Origin: Ophelia neglecta
Lineage: Eukaryota
Assembly (NCBI GenBank): GCA_965285935.1
Contig: OZ260661.1
Span: forward strand, 104,780,001-104,844,000
Direction: 5' to 3'
Length of the DNA stretch: 64,000 nt
Under the pieces are notes generated by a model. It made no database searches. It saw only the letters and a program-made list of their open reading frames with translations, and had not been told where the DNA came from. A program made the position numbers and the translations under genes. Below, in pieces: positions 14,208 to 27,760 of the stretch. Position 1 is the first letter of the stretch. Each line of letters opens with the position of its first letter.

Positions 14208-14330
14208 GTGCACCTCTTCAATCTGACAGCACGGAAGTGGAAGATCCATCTTTTGTCCCTACGGAACACTCCAAAGAGCACCGTTGAACACTATGAAATG
14301 TTTCTCGGCTCAAATAATGTTCAATGGAAA
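14208..14330 (+). mobile_element. Decayed Gypsy/LTR integrase fragment
   Basis: ORF contains LLSLRNTPKSTVEHYEMFLG, similar to the Gypsy integrase motif LLxYRNTPHSTTGxSPAELxxGR. Confidence 0.4.
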
Positions 14331-17300
14331 TATTTGTCAAGCCTTTTGTGTTGTTTTCATCTTGAACACCGAGACAGGATTGCTTTTGGTAGATATATTT
14401 GCTCTGGCACAATGTGCTTCCTTAATCCTAACTCTGCCTGTTGGCGGCATAAAGACCTGCCAACATTGGGATACTCAGTCGGTATTTGAAATCAATCCTT
14501 TATATGGAGGTTTCCTTTCACGTCTGTATGAATATACGTTGCTGAGTGCTGAGGAGTGCAGACTTGGGGAGACATTGAATAAATCCGCCCTTTGGCCTTG
14601 GTGCAGCCAGATGCCTGAAAATATCAATCAATGCTCAGAGTGGCGTCCAAGTTGAAGAAACCTAGAAGGATTGTAGCAGCAAGGCTGCAATTAAAAACTA
14701 ACATTGTAGGGATGACATCTCACAATAAGTATATTCAACATGTTCGATTATAGCCTTGTTCCCTGTCTTTCACATTTAGGTTCTCGTCCACTCAAGGATT
14801 TTTCCCTTTTAACAAGAGTTGTTCGGGCAATGGGTCTGCTGGAATCTCACAAGACAATGTTCCATGGAGAGTGGCGTCTTTGAGGGGCGGTTCAATCGTT
14901 TTCCCCTATTTCTTCTTCAGAAAGCAGTTCAATATCCAGACTCAGATGTTTGCAGCTGTGCCCAATGAAATAGGTCATGTGAACAACGGACACAAAACCC
15001 TGTTATCGAATATTGCTTGGACGCTGCACTTGAAAAGAAACCAATCTTGGAACTTTGAGGATTAAGGAAATCTGGCTAAGGGCTGCAACTTGCTGAGAAC
15101 TGTTTTGTGTATTTCCCTTCGGCTTTGTTTGCCAAGCAGGGAGAGAGATCTCTGGGATGTTCTGATTATTACCGGAGAGGAGCATTGGGACTACCGCCTT
15201 CGTGACCATCTTAGTGTCATTTGTGGTTTCGATTGACTCGTCGGCCCCAAATGGTTCTATTCCCGTGGCAATATTCCAAAAACTTGTAAGTCATGAATGT
15301 CGAACCCGAAAAAATGGCTGGTCACCAAATGTTGCGTGATTTATATTAATCAATGGGCAGATAAGCCTTTTCATTTTATTACTAATTTAAGATTAAATCA
15401 TTGTCCTTGGGAAATAATACATAATTAATGCGGCAAAATGTGTTTTGCCATGTGTCTATCTATTACTATTATTGTTATGCTATAGGCCTACTGAAAGGAC
15501 TGTGATGTGGAGATGGGTGCATAAGAGTTGGGGAGTTGGATGAAATGGTGTTGAGGGGAGGGGGGGGGGGGACTCTTAACAATGATACTTACACAAAGTA
15601 TTAAGCCTCCTATAGTGTATGTCGTTCATTATACTCGGTCAGATTTAATATATTTAAACGTATAGACATAGCCTGTATAATATAGAGCACACAAGGCGCA
15701 TGGCAAAGTGGTTTGTACATTGGCTGATGACGTGAAGGTATAGGCTAATGACATCTCACCATCTTGTGATTCCTTGGAGAATTCATCGCTATTTTGTTGC
15801 TTCCTCCCTTCTGTGCGAGAGTGTCCGTATATTTAGCACTGAGATGATTTGTGACAGATCTCCCTCTAAGCGCCGTGTGTGACAGCTGTCTGTATGTGTC
15901 GCAGGGACTTAAGAAAGCTCTGACCTGACCAGGTTTACGCACCGGAGAGGTGACGTAATTCAAAACAAGTTTACCTGTTTAAAAATGGCAAGGTCCCACA
16001 TATTGTCTATCGTTACCGGCGCCCCAGCTGTCTGTTCCTTTTTAGGCGTTGACAATTTTACTAATTACAAATATGGAAATTTCTTGTTCCACGAACTCCA
16101 AGTACATGTATTTTGAAATATCTGAATTTTATAATTAATAAAACCCAATTGTTTACTTTCAACGCCTGTTCAAGTGTTGTGTACATAAGGCCAACCAGGA
16201 GGGTTGGTAGGGAGTATATCTCGTGCTCAGTCGACTTCCGCTGATGGAGGTCTGCAGTCTTGACGAAGCTGACTGCCGAACGCCGCAGGCCGGAAGACGA
16301 GTCTCTCCATCCAAGTAATGAAGGCGTTCACGATGGATGTCCTCCGGGGATTTATTCTGCAGGCTACCTCAGTTTTCACCACTGATTATTTTATCAGTCG
16401 ATGGCTAATGTTTTAACATAATGAAACTATTAGCAGTGAGACCCACAGCATAAGTGCCAATAGTAATTTTCGATGGTCGGTCTAAATCTCGCCTGCTTTT
16501 TGACACTCCCTGTTATAGGCCTATATGGAGTTTGGTTGAAGGTTAACGGGCAATGCACTAGATCAGCAATGCCCTTATAGCTTCAGGCCTGCCAATAGGC
16601 ATGTGTATATACATAGCCCTCTGTACGTTTAGGCCAAGATGCTGTAATATCATTTCATTTGCATCTGGCGTATCTTCTTCGCCAAATTAAGAAGGCATTC
16701 AGTCCCCCAATTCAATCAGTCTGGAATATCTTCTCAGCTCTAATCTAGAATTCACTCGGGAGCCAACAAAGGGCGCGCGAGTTGGGCTAATCGGCTGAAG
16801 TGAAGAAGGAAAAGCCTAGACCTATAAAGGGTTGAAATCCGCAAGTGTACGAACAGTGGCAATCTGGAATTCTCTTAAGCATGTGTTACTTTGGTGATTT
16901 GGTCGTCCTTGGAGACGAGTCCTGCAATCCTTTGAAGTTCCCCCAGTGATAGTTCGTAGTAGAAGTACAATGTTAATGAAAAAAGGACAAATTTAATATA
17001 GCTAATCTTCCTCCACGCTCCAACTGGATTAAAGTCATATTGGCGGCCCTCTCTTTCTATGTTGGCAATTTCTAGTCATTCTAGGCAAGAAGTAATAAAT
17101 CCGCGAGTAGCTGCTGCAATTCTGTTTATAATCATCCGTTTTATGGTCGTTCCTATGCACGCCAATAAGCAAGAATACGAGAGTTTCCAGTTATCGCTCA
17201 TTACGGCATTCGAAGAAAAGTTAGACACCTACAGGTCCTTTCTTCTATCTACAGAGAACACCCGAATTTTTAGTACACCACTTCGATTAAGGGCATAACA

Positions 17301-20300
17301 TTCATATAAAATAAAAGTCGTGGGGATCTATTTATTAAATGAGCAAATGTAACTATTGCCTCGATTGCTTAGGCCTCAGAAATCGATAAGAGCAACAATT
17401 CGCCTAACTTTGATCTGCACTCTCATCCCAGTCCAGTGCTATGTTCTGACTAAAGGGTTTCCTTGGCGCTGGATGGTGATGGCTGAAGTAAAGCCAGGGC
17501 AGTCGTCTGATTGCATTATTTCTAAAAGGGTTTGGGGGCAATACGTATTTTGACCCGGCTTCATCACCAAATGTAGCATAATGAAGCAAAAGTCACCACA
17601 GTTCTTTAACCAAGAGTGACACTGACTCTGCTTTTTCAGACAATGCACACTTGACATATCCCGTTTTGAAACATTTTCTACTTTCTATCAATCTCCTGAA
17701 TAGGCTATAACCGGAAGCAGGCGTGCAACTTAACAGAATTGGTGTATAATTATTGGCCTAAAGAGTTTGCTATGGCTTGCCTACAGACGAAAAGAGCCAC
17801 CATGACGGATTGCAACAAGATGAGAGAAGTTGCCTGGGATAAAACAACGAGGCCATTACGGGCCCCTAATGACAAGAGAATGGCTTTCCCATCGGCCTTT
17901 CACCGCGCTAAAAGCCCTCCAGGTTATTTAGAATCAATTTATATCGGACTGCTGTCTCGACATGGAATCAATCCGGCCGCCTTTCTCTGCCCATTTATGT
18001 AAATGTCCGGCAAAATGCCAACGGCTAGAAATGACAGGGTGTCGATTAGGGCATGCTTCCTGGTCAACAAGAGTCTGCCCACACCCAATTTCATTTATTG
18101 ACAAATCACCGATATCCTTGCCATTGGAATATTTACCATGTAATGCCGGCTCACATGTATACATGTAACCAACATGTAAATTGGGGATGCCCAAGGACTG
18201 TTTTTTGTCATTGGTAATCAAGCAGTCTCCCTCCGGATCCAGTTGCCAGTTAAGCTTTTCTGGAATATCTTTTCTCCAAACAATGAAGCTCAATGGACTG
18301 GGTTTAATTATTAATAAATCAGTGGGATGGATATCAAATTTTACGTGGATAACAATATTGTACTAGCTTGTTTGCTTGTATAGGTTGTCTCATTAACCTT
18401 AATTTTTCTGGTCACAGCTTTATGTAGGTTTCTTTTATAGCACACAGATCCTGAAGCCTACTTCCCAGTCAAAATCTGATATTCAGGCAGATCATTTTCA
18501 GGCGTGTATTTGACCACTCTGTTTAATGTCCACTCACTGGCGAGTCACCGCAGCTCCCGCCATTTACATTAAACACTCCCAAACCCAAAAATGAAGAAAT
18601 TGGGAAAAAAAGGACTTGCATTTTCCTACAATCGTGAAAATAGATTTAATTTAAAGGTTACAATGTCATTTAATATATGACCATGTTGGAAATAGTACAA
18701 ATATTGACCGACATTCTCTACCCACCTAAAGGTTCAAGACAAAATTTGGAAAGTGTTGCTGCATATCCCTGATCACGGGTGTACAGTATTCCAAATTTGT
18801 CAGCCAGTATCCGAAACGGTCCATAGGATAAATCAGGTTAAAATACATGCCCTGACTCCCCAAACAATGCATTTGCCCCCCCCCCCCCTCCATCTTACCC
18901 TCAATTTGACAGCAGGGCAAATTAAGTTCTTGCAATAGGCCTACTGTTTTTTGTCGCCAACGATGTACTATTTTGAGAAGTTAAAAAAATAACGCCGCGT
19001 CAGATAATGAATAAGCATATACATAGTTGTTGTTATTAATGGGGTTTCACGGTTTCGTTAATATGTCGTTGGAAGGTCATATAGTTATACATTTATTTTG
19101 ACCTGCTTTTCAATGTTGCATTGAGGAATTATTCAGTGTTGCTTGATGTAATGAAATTCCGTGAATCTGTTTCATTTATCGAGGACATATCAGGGACTTT
19201 CCCTGTCGATTCGTTCATCTTTCGAATAATTATTTGCCTTATAGCACTTCAAGAAGACAATATTTAAGGGACTGTCAGGCAAGACGTGTATGCTGAAGAA
19301 ATACTGTTATGATTGTCATGAAGCATAACAATATTAGACAATTCTTTCCCTACCAAAATGGGGGGGGGGGGGGGGATACTGTTTCCCCGGCATTCGTTTT
19401 TCCTAGGCCTCATTTGACACAACGCTTTTATTGATTATACAGTTATAGGATTAAATGTTGAATGAATGGAGTAATAGATAATGACTTTTTTTGCTGTCTA
19501 TTTAGAGGTAGATTTGGATTTTTTTCATCGACAGTCGGGTTTTGGTAATAATAAAGCAGTGAGATCTACATTAAGTCGTTGGCAGGTCTTGCACTTATTC
19601 CCTCGTTCTATTACCCATGGATGGACTTCGGACGAATAGGATCCATGCTTTCCTGATTTTTAGTCGTATCATATTTATCACATACACATCACTTCCGTAT
19701 ATAAAAGCTATTGTTGTGTCTACCATCCACGGATATAGAGCAATCCCTATATCTGTAGGTTTACTGGTAGATCGTTAGCTCTTCTAAAAGCTCTTTTTTT
19801 CCGAAAAGTAATAAGTGTGTCACACAAATCGCATCCAGACGAATTGTCCCTTATTTTGAATAAGACCACATAAAATGTTTACAACATTATATTATAAACA
19901 TATATACATGTACATGTATGCATTTTTCTTCATAATAAATCAATCAAAACTAGATTCGATTTCGAATAATTGAAAATTGTTTTCTATATTTAGACACATT
20001 ACATCCTAACGTAGACCTCTATATATACACATAGCAAAATAAACAACAATTATTGAATTAAATAATGGATTACATTAATTCACTATCAAAATAATGACGC
20101 GAGTAAATGCTTGGCAAATAGTGAACAAATTTGAGCTCATTGTTATTTGGCGTTCATATTACTACACCGGGCAAAGCGTACTCTTGATAAAGATGCGGAT
20201 GTGTTGTATATCTGTCTGAGGCATCAGACCATAAGCGATATCTATACCAAGAGGATATATACTAGGGTGTGCTCCACAGCAGCAGACCTAGGGCAACACA

Positions 20301-21599
20301 TGATAAATATATTAAATAGAATTAGTTACCTTTCATTGTTTACATAATGAGCTTGTCGATGACAAGTTAATATCTATTAATTTTGTAAAGGCCTCTTGCC
20401 ACAGGTCACATCATCTATGTTTATTTGAGACAGAAATGTATTTGCATCCTGCATGTCTATATCATCCTAATGAAACTAATTGTGTGTGTTAATGTTTTCA
20501 TAATTATAGGCCCTATATATCGAAAAGAATACCATGTATTCGTTCGTACACTGTTTGCTGTGCTCAGACGACAGTAGGCAGAAAGCGGGCGAGCATCTGG
20601 AGCCGGCACCTGCTTTTGGCCGAGTGTTCGGTCATGTCACCTGCTAAGGTGCAGGCTGGAAAACAGTAATCTTATTCAAATGGTGTTCTGTTTGTAGAAC
20701 TGCATGATCACCCTTGCGTCACTGTCAGACGAGTTCCACATTCAGCTACCAATGAACCACTGAGTATTTGGCCCGGCCGAGGTCTATGGTGCAAATTCGT
20801 CATGCTTGGGCTGTTCGTGGCAGTAGCAGAATTTCATGGGTGCGTGCTCTCAATTTAGGTCATCAACAATTTAGTTCATAGACAATCCTGGACTGGTATT
20901 CAACGGTAAGAGGACATACATTCTACAGATTGCTGTGTCCTCTTTTACAGTGCTGCCTCAGGTTTTACGGAAAAGAGAAACAAGTAGAGGGTGTTGAGTT
21001 GAATGCAGGACTCAGAATGAATAAGCCATATAAGGAAACAATAAACGAAGAATGACCGGTAATAGCTGTTTACCAAAATTAAACTATAGCTGGCTGCCTT
21101 TCCTGTCAAATGTTTGCCCCGAAGCAGGATTCGTTTTCCGACATGCTAGGCAGCGACCGTTGATTTGAACGGTTGTCTCCAGGGACCAACACATCAGTTC
21201 TATAGGTCTACCCCTACTTGGTGCTGGGCGCAACCTAATGCAGTTAGGCCTAAATTAAGGGTTTAGTCACGAAACATATATTTACAATTTGCCAATGCGC
21301 TCTTCAAGGTTGGTCGTTTTGGTGCAGATAACGGCCTGGTCCTTTTCCTTTTGAAAGTCAAGACTATTACTTATAGTGTTCGCGTACTTTTCACGTGACT
21401 TCATTTGAAAGCATATCGCTTTCACTTCAAACCTCACTCACGTCGCTGCCCCTCTGTCTGGAGAAAGAGCTATCATAAAATTGGATAATGGTTGACAATG
21501 GGTTTGAAACAGTTTATGAGACCCATTGGGATGAAATATGCATGCAACTATTAGGATGCTCGATCACAGCTATAGGAACAATCTTGAGTTGGTAAATCG

Positions 21600-21750
21600 A
21601 TATAGGGAATTCAATTGTACCCTCAGCCTTTGTCGAATGATTCGCTTTTGTTTAATTTATTGCTGCTTGAGTCCAAGAACAGTTGAAGAGTCACGCACCA
21701 CTATTGTGAAAGCTTTCAGTCGCGAAGAAGTCCTTCCATTCGTGAAGAAA
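21600..21750 (+). mobile_element. Decayed CR1-like LINE ORF2 C-terminus
   Basis: PRTVEESRTTIVKAFSREE resembles the CR1 terminal motif FFPRTIxEWNxLPxxIVxAxSLExFK. Confidence 0.25.
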
Positions 21751-24700
21751 CGAGATCTTCGCTTTAATGCCATCCTCATTCATTCATTATAAATAATTAA
21801 GCCGTCAGATGTTGGCGTTGGAAGTGTGTTTGTCCCTGTGATAGATGAGCCCTGGAAAGGTTTCGCCTCTTTTACCTGATGAATTAGTTCACTTTCGGGC
21901 AAAGGGCCATCAGCAATATCTAGGATTCGGCTGCTTTTGTAAATAGTTCATAAATCACAGCGCCTGGCCGCGGCTGTAGCCGGCTTACACGCCTACCAAC
22001 CACAGACTGCAGGCTCACGGTGACTTATCCCAGATACAATGACAAGTCTGGCAGTAAATGCCGCCGTTGCAATATCATAACGATATAGAAACCTGTTAGG
22101 TATTTTCCTCATCTGCTAAATGTGGGCAAATGTGCTGTAGGGGACTATTTAGCTGCCATTTCTATGGTAACCCGCGTAGCCAAAAATCAAATGGCTCCTG
22201 GGTTTTAATAAAAACTAAAGCCCATTGGATATAGAGTTTGGTTAAGCTAAATCTTAGGTAATCTCGTCATTGGTTCAGCTCGAGAGGGCGGGACTAAGGT
22301 CATCCACAGAATTAGTGGCGCCCAGAGTCCATAGTCAGATGTGGCTGTTACATGTGCAATATAATTACGAACGTGGCGCATCTAATGGAGCGACGGAATG
22401 AAACTTCCATCTAAAAAATAATAACATCGGGGGAGTAGAATGACCTAGATTTCCGAGCTCTCTTTAAGAGTGTAATGTTTCTCAGTCAATTGATTTGAGC
22501 ACGCTGACGTGCCTTCACGATGATAAATTGGCCAACTTTGACTGATGATACCCCAGATATCCCTGACCATGTACCATGCAATTTGCAGATGGAGTCACGA
22601 AAATTACCTTTCAGTTCGTGTTTAGATTGATTATGCCACCATAGTGAATCCCAACGCCGGAATTTCTCTGATGTGTACCTGCATGCATGTGATTCAAAGG
22701 CCAACTGATCGTCATCCCAATGAGTTTAAACTGAAATGTGGAGCTTAATAGTTTTAGACTGGAAGGCCACGAACATGCTTAAAATTAACTATTTATATGC
22801 CTAATTTATATATACATGTATATATATATGCAAACAAACATAATTTCCGTTTTAAATGCTCCGCGGCTTATTTTATGTTTTCCGTACTCTTCAGCCATCT
22901 TCGAAGGAACCACACGAAGTCTTGGTTATTTGAGTGACACAAAGGGTAAGGATTTCCTTAGGCTATCAGTGGCATGCAATGATCTGGAAGTCTCAGAACT
23001 ATATAATAAGGCAAACTTCTGTACTTCCCTCTTTTATCTCGACCTTTGAGGAATGAAGGCGGCAATCTGGCCATTTATTTCTTTCGGACTGGCTCGCTTA
23101 CGGCATCTTTATGCTCTTGAACGCTAGACATTTGATATGGCCTTTTAAAGGACAGAGCCGGCAATTGCTTTCATTTCAACTGCTCACATAAAGGTTTATC
23201 CCAGGTTAAAAACACCACAAGCCTGCCGACCTGTACTGTAAGATGTCATAATTCAAGCGCCACGCCGACTCTCCTAAGTAACGATCACAATAAAATCTAT
23301 CGGAGGAAGGCTTGGTACTACAATGACTAGGATGATGGTGAGATTTGCTCATCAATTCTGATTTGCGCGCATGTAAGTACACGTAGGGCGACTCATCGCA
23401 TTATTATTACGACTTTCCTGATTTTAGTCCCTGCAAGGTAATTCGCACAGACGGTGATAACCATCTTTCTTAAATGTCAATTCCTTATCACAATAGGCCC
23501 AATAAAAATTGCTCAGTTTTTATTGGTGAAACCTTGAAGACTGTGATTACCTAATTCTGATAATAATATAATATGGTCATGTAGTTTGCCAGAGTCGCCC
23601 ATGCTGGATGGAGGTCATTTTAAAAATGACATAGGGTTCTTATATGCCGAAAATTGGCGATAATAAACCAATTAGGTACGGATCATTAATTTGTCTCGGG
23701 GATTGAGGATTGGGAGGGCCTGGCATCGGGGCGCACAAAAACCAGTACTTGTTTACCCGTGAATACACGCGATGAATCAAGGATTACTCTTGCACAGTAT
23801 ACCACGTGGATGGACCATTACAGAAACCTTTTTTTTAGCAGTAGGAGTGAATATTTTCCAAGAAAGCAGAATTTAATCTATAAATATAAAAAGCCCCCCT
23901 TAACACGTGCATCACCCCTCCCCCACATACATTATTTTTTATATCGATATGCAAAAAGTACAAAATGGTTAAAGCATTTCTTGCATGGTGTTTTGCAATT
24001 AATTTGTGGGCAGGACAAACTACTCACTGCTAAGCCATAAACCACGTGTAAAACATCACCACTTCCGGTTTATTGTGTTATACACTGACTATGGGCCGCT
24101 CACTGCATATATTGCTTCTTTACCCTCTGGAAGATGTATCGTTTTAATGTAGTCTACTCTCGGCACATGCAAATTGAAAACAATGTACCTTAGACACTAA
24201 AACCTCATTGTTTGATTTCTCTATCTCAGATAGTCAGTGTCCTGGCAGAGTTTGGGAGATATCTCCTTTTACTGCTTGCAGTGACAATTACTTAGATAAC
24301 ATTCACATTAGTATTGCTGGGATGGAGCTGATATACAGGTCGCTCTCACACCGCCTTAATAATGAAAAAGATGGCATCTTCAGAATCAGCACTCGAGCAA
24401 AGGGCTCATTGGCGTACTTTGATAGCCCCATGAACTGGACTGAAAGATTGGTATCATGTAATAGGATGAGCCAGAGAGAAAAGCAGCCTGCAAGAAAGGA
24501 AGTGAGACAAAACGCGTGGCCATGTGTCAAAATGAGACTAGGAAGTTTGCAATATCTTTCAGGCTACTTTGCATAATTAATAGCAGTTGATAGCCTGGAG
24601 GCTGCAGTCTGCACGATTCCCAATATGTTTTCTCAAGCTTTTAAGTCCTTCAGGCAAATAACAGGGAAAGATTCACCCAGATCAGCGCGGGATTTAGTGT

Positions 24701-24908
24701 GCCCTTTGTAACCAGTGTTTGACTTTAATTTGAGCACTGGAAAGGTCCTAGTGGCTTTGATTTTGATGAACCATCACGGTTTAAAAATAATAGTGTTATA
24801 TTGAGGAAACCGATTAGTTATAGGCCTGAAAAGACTTCGGAAACAAACATGAGAAATATTAAAAAGCATCCAATACACTATTGAGAAAAAGAAAACAATG
24901 AATAGACA

Positions 24909-26200
24909 CTAGACATAAGTAAAACGTCCAAACTGGTAAAATGGCACCTGTTGTAAGGTGAAGGTGAGATTTGGTTGGATTAAGAATGGATAATTGATGC
25001 AATCCTCTAATGAGGGTAACCTACTCGTAGAGAACAATATATTGATCAGTGCTGGAGATATTTGTTTGCTCACACCGATCGTCTGCTCATTACCATTAAA
25101 TGAATAAGCTCTATGGAGTTTGAAGGTATTTATATTTAGGTGGTCAACGGCAATAGGAGGTTGGCCGGACCCGTAGACAGTTTTATGCTTAAATTGATAA
25201 AGGGTTGAAAGAGTGCCCCCTGAGTCTAACATAAAGAGCAATGAAAGGTGGCCGCTGTGTCAAATATAAGAGAAGGAAGCATGTGAGCTTGTTTTAAAGT
25301 GTTCGGCTTGTGGTTTACAAAAGCAAGTCTGCAGGCGTGTACGAGTTATTTGTAATGTACGCTAACAGCAATAGCAGTAGGAGGATAGCCTATTAGTGAA
25401 TTATAATGTAAAAGGGGCTTTCTTATCGCAATATATGTATCTTTAAGTTTGAGTTCATGCAATAGTCGGTTCAAGTCGAGGAGGCCTTAGCGCAAGAATT
25501 GAATGTTCAATGCGTATTATTCTTGGCTCCTTTACTGTCGAATAATGCGCACAATCATAGCACATGAGTTTTATTTGCCCATAAACAGAACACGACCTTT
25601 ATGGTCGAGTGTTGGTTCTTGATGTTAATAAAAGCTCGATCCAGATTATTGGTATAGTGTTGCTAAGTCTAAATGTTTTTGGTCTTCAGAACAGGCTGGA
25701 TCGATTGGTCGTGGGTCTCGTTCAAATATAGAACTATACAGGGGTCTATAGTGCTGTTTGTTTGTTTTTCTTGAACTGAGCAATATCTTAAGGTCAGGAG
25801 CTGCTATGTTTCATTTATGTTCAAAAACATCTAGCACGTTCTTGGTTGAGTGCTGCTGATGGGATTTCGTTAAGCAGAGTGTGAGATTGGCTCGTGTGGG
25901 TGTTCATGAACAGACCAAAAGTCTGGATCGAATGCGGGTAGCTTCTTGCTGTCTATGAACACGCAAAGCAAGTGTCTTGGTCTCCTGTTATATTGGGTTT
26001 ATGATGTTCGTGGTGATGTTCATTTACATAGTAAGAGTCTTGGTCCAGCGCCCGAAGCCTCCTGATAGTCATGTTCAAAGTGAAAGCCTCGGTCACGTGG
26101 TCAAGTGTTTGTCGGGTTTGTTTTCTGCTCATTGTCAGGGCAAAACCAAACATCATAATTGTTTGATATACCCATGGCATGCATTGAAACTACAGATAAT
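24909..26200 (-). mobile_element. Decayed Gypsy LTR-retrotransposon gag-protease remnant
   Basis: On the minus strand, in the expected order: gag-like RQTLDHVTEAFTLNMTIRRLRALD with a CFAC knuckle start (25953-26180), then aspartyl-protease-like FMLDSGGTLSTL (about 25205-25235). Confidence 0.45.
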
Positions 26201-27479
26201 AGGCCTTGTAAAATGTGTACCAACACCTCCGTTAAGCAACTAACTAAATTTTATGGAATGTCTGGCGCTGAATAATTGATATAATTATTTTTTAACACCA
26301 CTCCCAAACAAACGCAAGTCCCAATGCATTTTGAAATGGGCATTTCATCATACAATTGGGAGAGATTTGTATGTACCCTATTTCAGCTCTGCTGTTACTG
26401 GTATGAAAGGGCATTTCTTCTCCAAAGGCGATTACAACTTTGATTACAGCTTCAACAGTCATTGGTATGAAGGACGCGTGATGGTAACTCGTCTACGAAT
26501 TTGATGTGGCAATTTTTGTTTTGTATAGGGACTTGGCAATTTGACCAACTTCCCAGGTTTATTAGACTTTGAGACTTCTAATGTAGCTCTGCCGCTGATG
26601 AGGAAATTGCATTCCTAGCGCCTTTCAAACACTAACTACCTATCTCCAGTCTGATTCCTTTGAGGCCATCTTTCAGCCGGCCCTTCATCATTGGTGTCAG
26701 AAGCCCGCTGGCCCCCCCATTACTCCACAGACGACACATCAACTTTGATAGCTTCCGATATTAAATCAAGAAGTGCTTTATTTGAGATGAGTCAATTGAA
26801 TTGTGGCTGACTCGAGTGCCTTTGCGCATGTTAATGATGGCTTCGACATGGGTCTTTCCGGCTCAGGCAATGTGCGCGACTATATTTTTCTCAGTAATCT
26901 AGAACTAACATTACCAGGCAGGAGATTCTAGAACACGGCAATTTTGTGAGGCGCGTTAGTTGAGGTGGCTGTATTTACATGTGCTAAGCATTAGCTCCTA
27001 AACATATTTCTTACCGAACCGCAAACCACCTTGAATTTTAGTTTTATATGTTTGATATATAGATAGAGTAATGTAGGTTCAATTGGTTCAAGTTATTATT
27101 ATATCGTCGGATTGGACTTATTTTCTAGTTGATCGGATACATTAACTGGGGAAGTTTTATCCAAGGTTTACATGCACCGAGTATACTTGCCTAATTGAAA
27201 TGAATTCAATGCTTTACCACAAAAATGGTGTTAGTCGTGTATGCCCTAATATGCTATGTCGAAAGTGACGCATGAGGCGCTCTTCCAGCTCATGCGACTA
27301 TAGCTTTCGAAACTGAGAAGATTGGGGAAGATGTTGGCTTGGCTGCTCTCCGACTGGCAGTTGCTGTCTTGCTGCAGTGGACGCTGTTGATCACGGAAGA
27401 TGGGCAAATTTCCCAAGTGACTTGGCGTCTGGTTTGATATCAATCTCGAGCCAGTCTGTCAGAGAGCCGTGCCCATTAG

Positions 27480-27760
27480 ACATCGGAATAATACAGGTCA
27501 GATTCGCGATCAGTCGGGCTGTCAGGGGCCGAAGCCATGTATGCAATTGACCCTGCAGTACAGTCTCAGTCCTCGGGTGTCTGGGAAATCCATGGCCAGC
27601 ACGGCTTCCTAATGGGCCCGATATACGCTGATCAATGGGCCTGCAAATTTGTGCCCTCGTCACATCTAAGGTTTTCTGGCTGTCAGGGGCCGACCCGCTG
27701 CGTTGCTGACGGTGTCCCATGTCAGTAATATCTGTAAAATCCACGTCTATGCTGCCGTTT
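27480..27760 (+). mobile_element. Heavily decayed CR1/L2 reverse transcriptase fragment
   Basis: Frameshifted remnants in order: NN(Y)RSDS..IS (cf. NYRPISLTS), GQHGFLMG (cf. QHGFRxGRS), TRCVADGVP..YL (cf. LDxGxxVDxIYLD). Confidence 0.3.

Noticed and set aside
17739-18366. Overlapping 60-119 aa ORFs
   Set aside because: No convincing domain or splice structure; likely a decayed retroelement.
22500-22760. L2 RT remnant (ADDTQI-like)
   Set aside because: A single frameshifted motif, too weak to list as a feature.
22870-22900. Minimal hammerhead ribozyme (CTGAAGA..GAAA on the minus strand)
   Set aside because: No stem III or UH cleavage triplet; other CTGANGA hits I checked also lacked a complete core.
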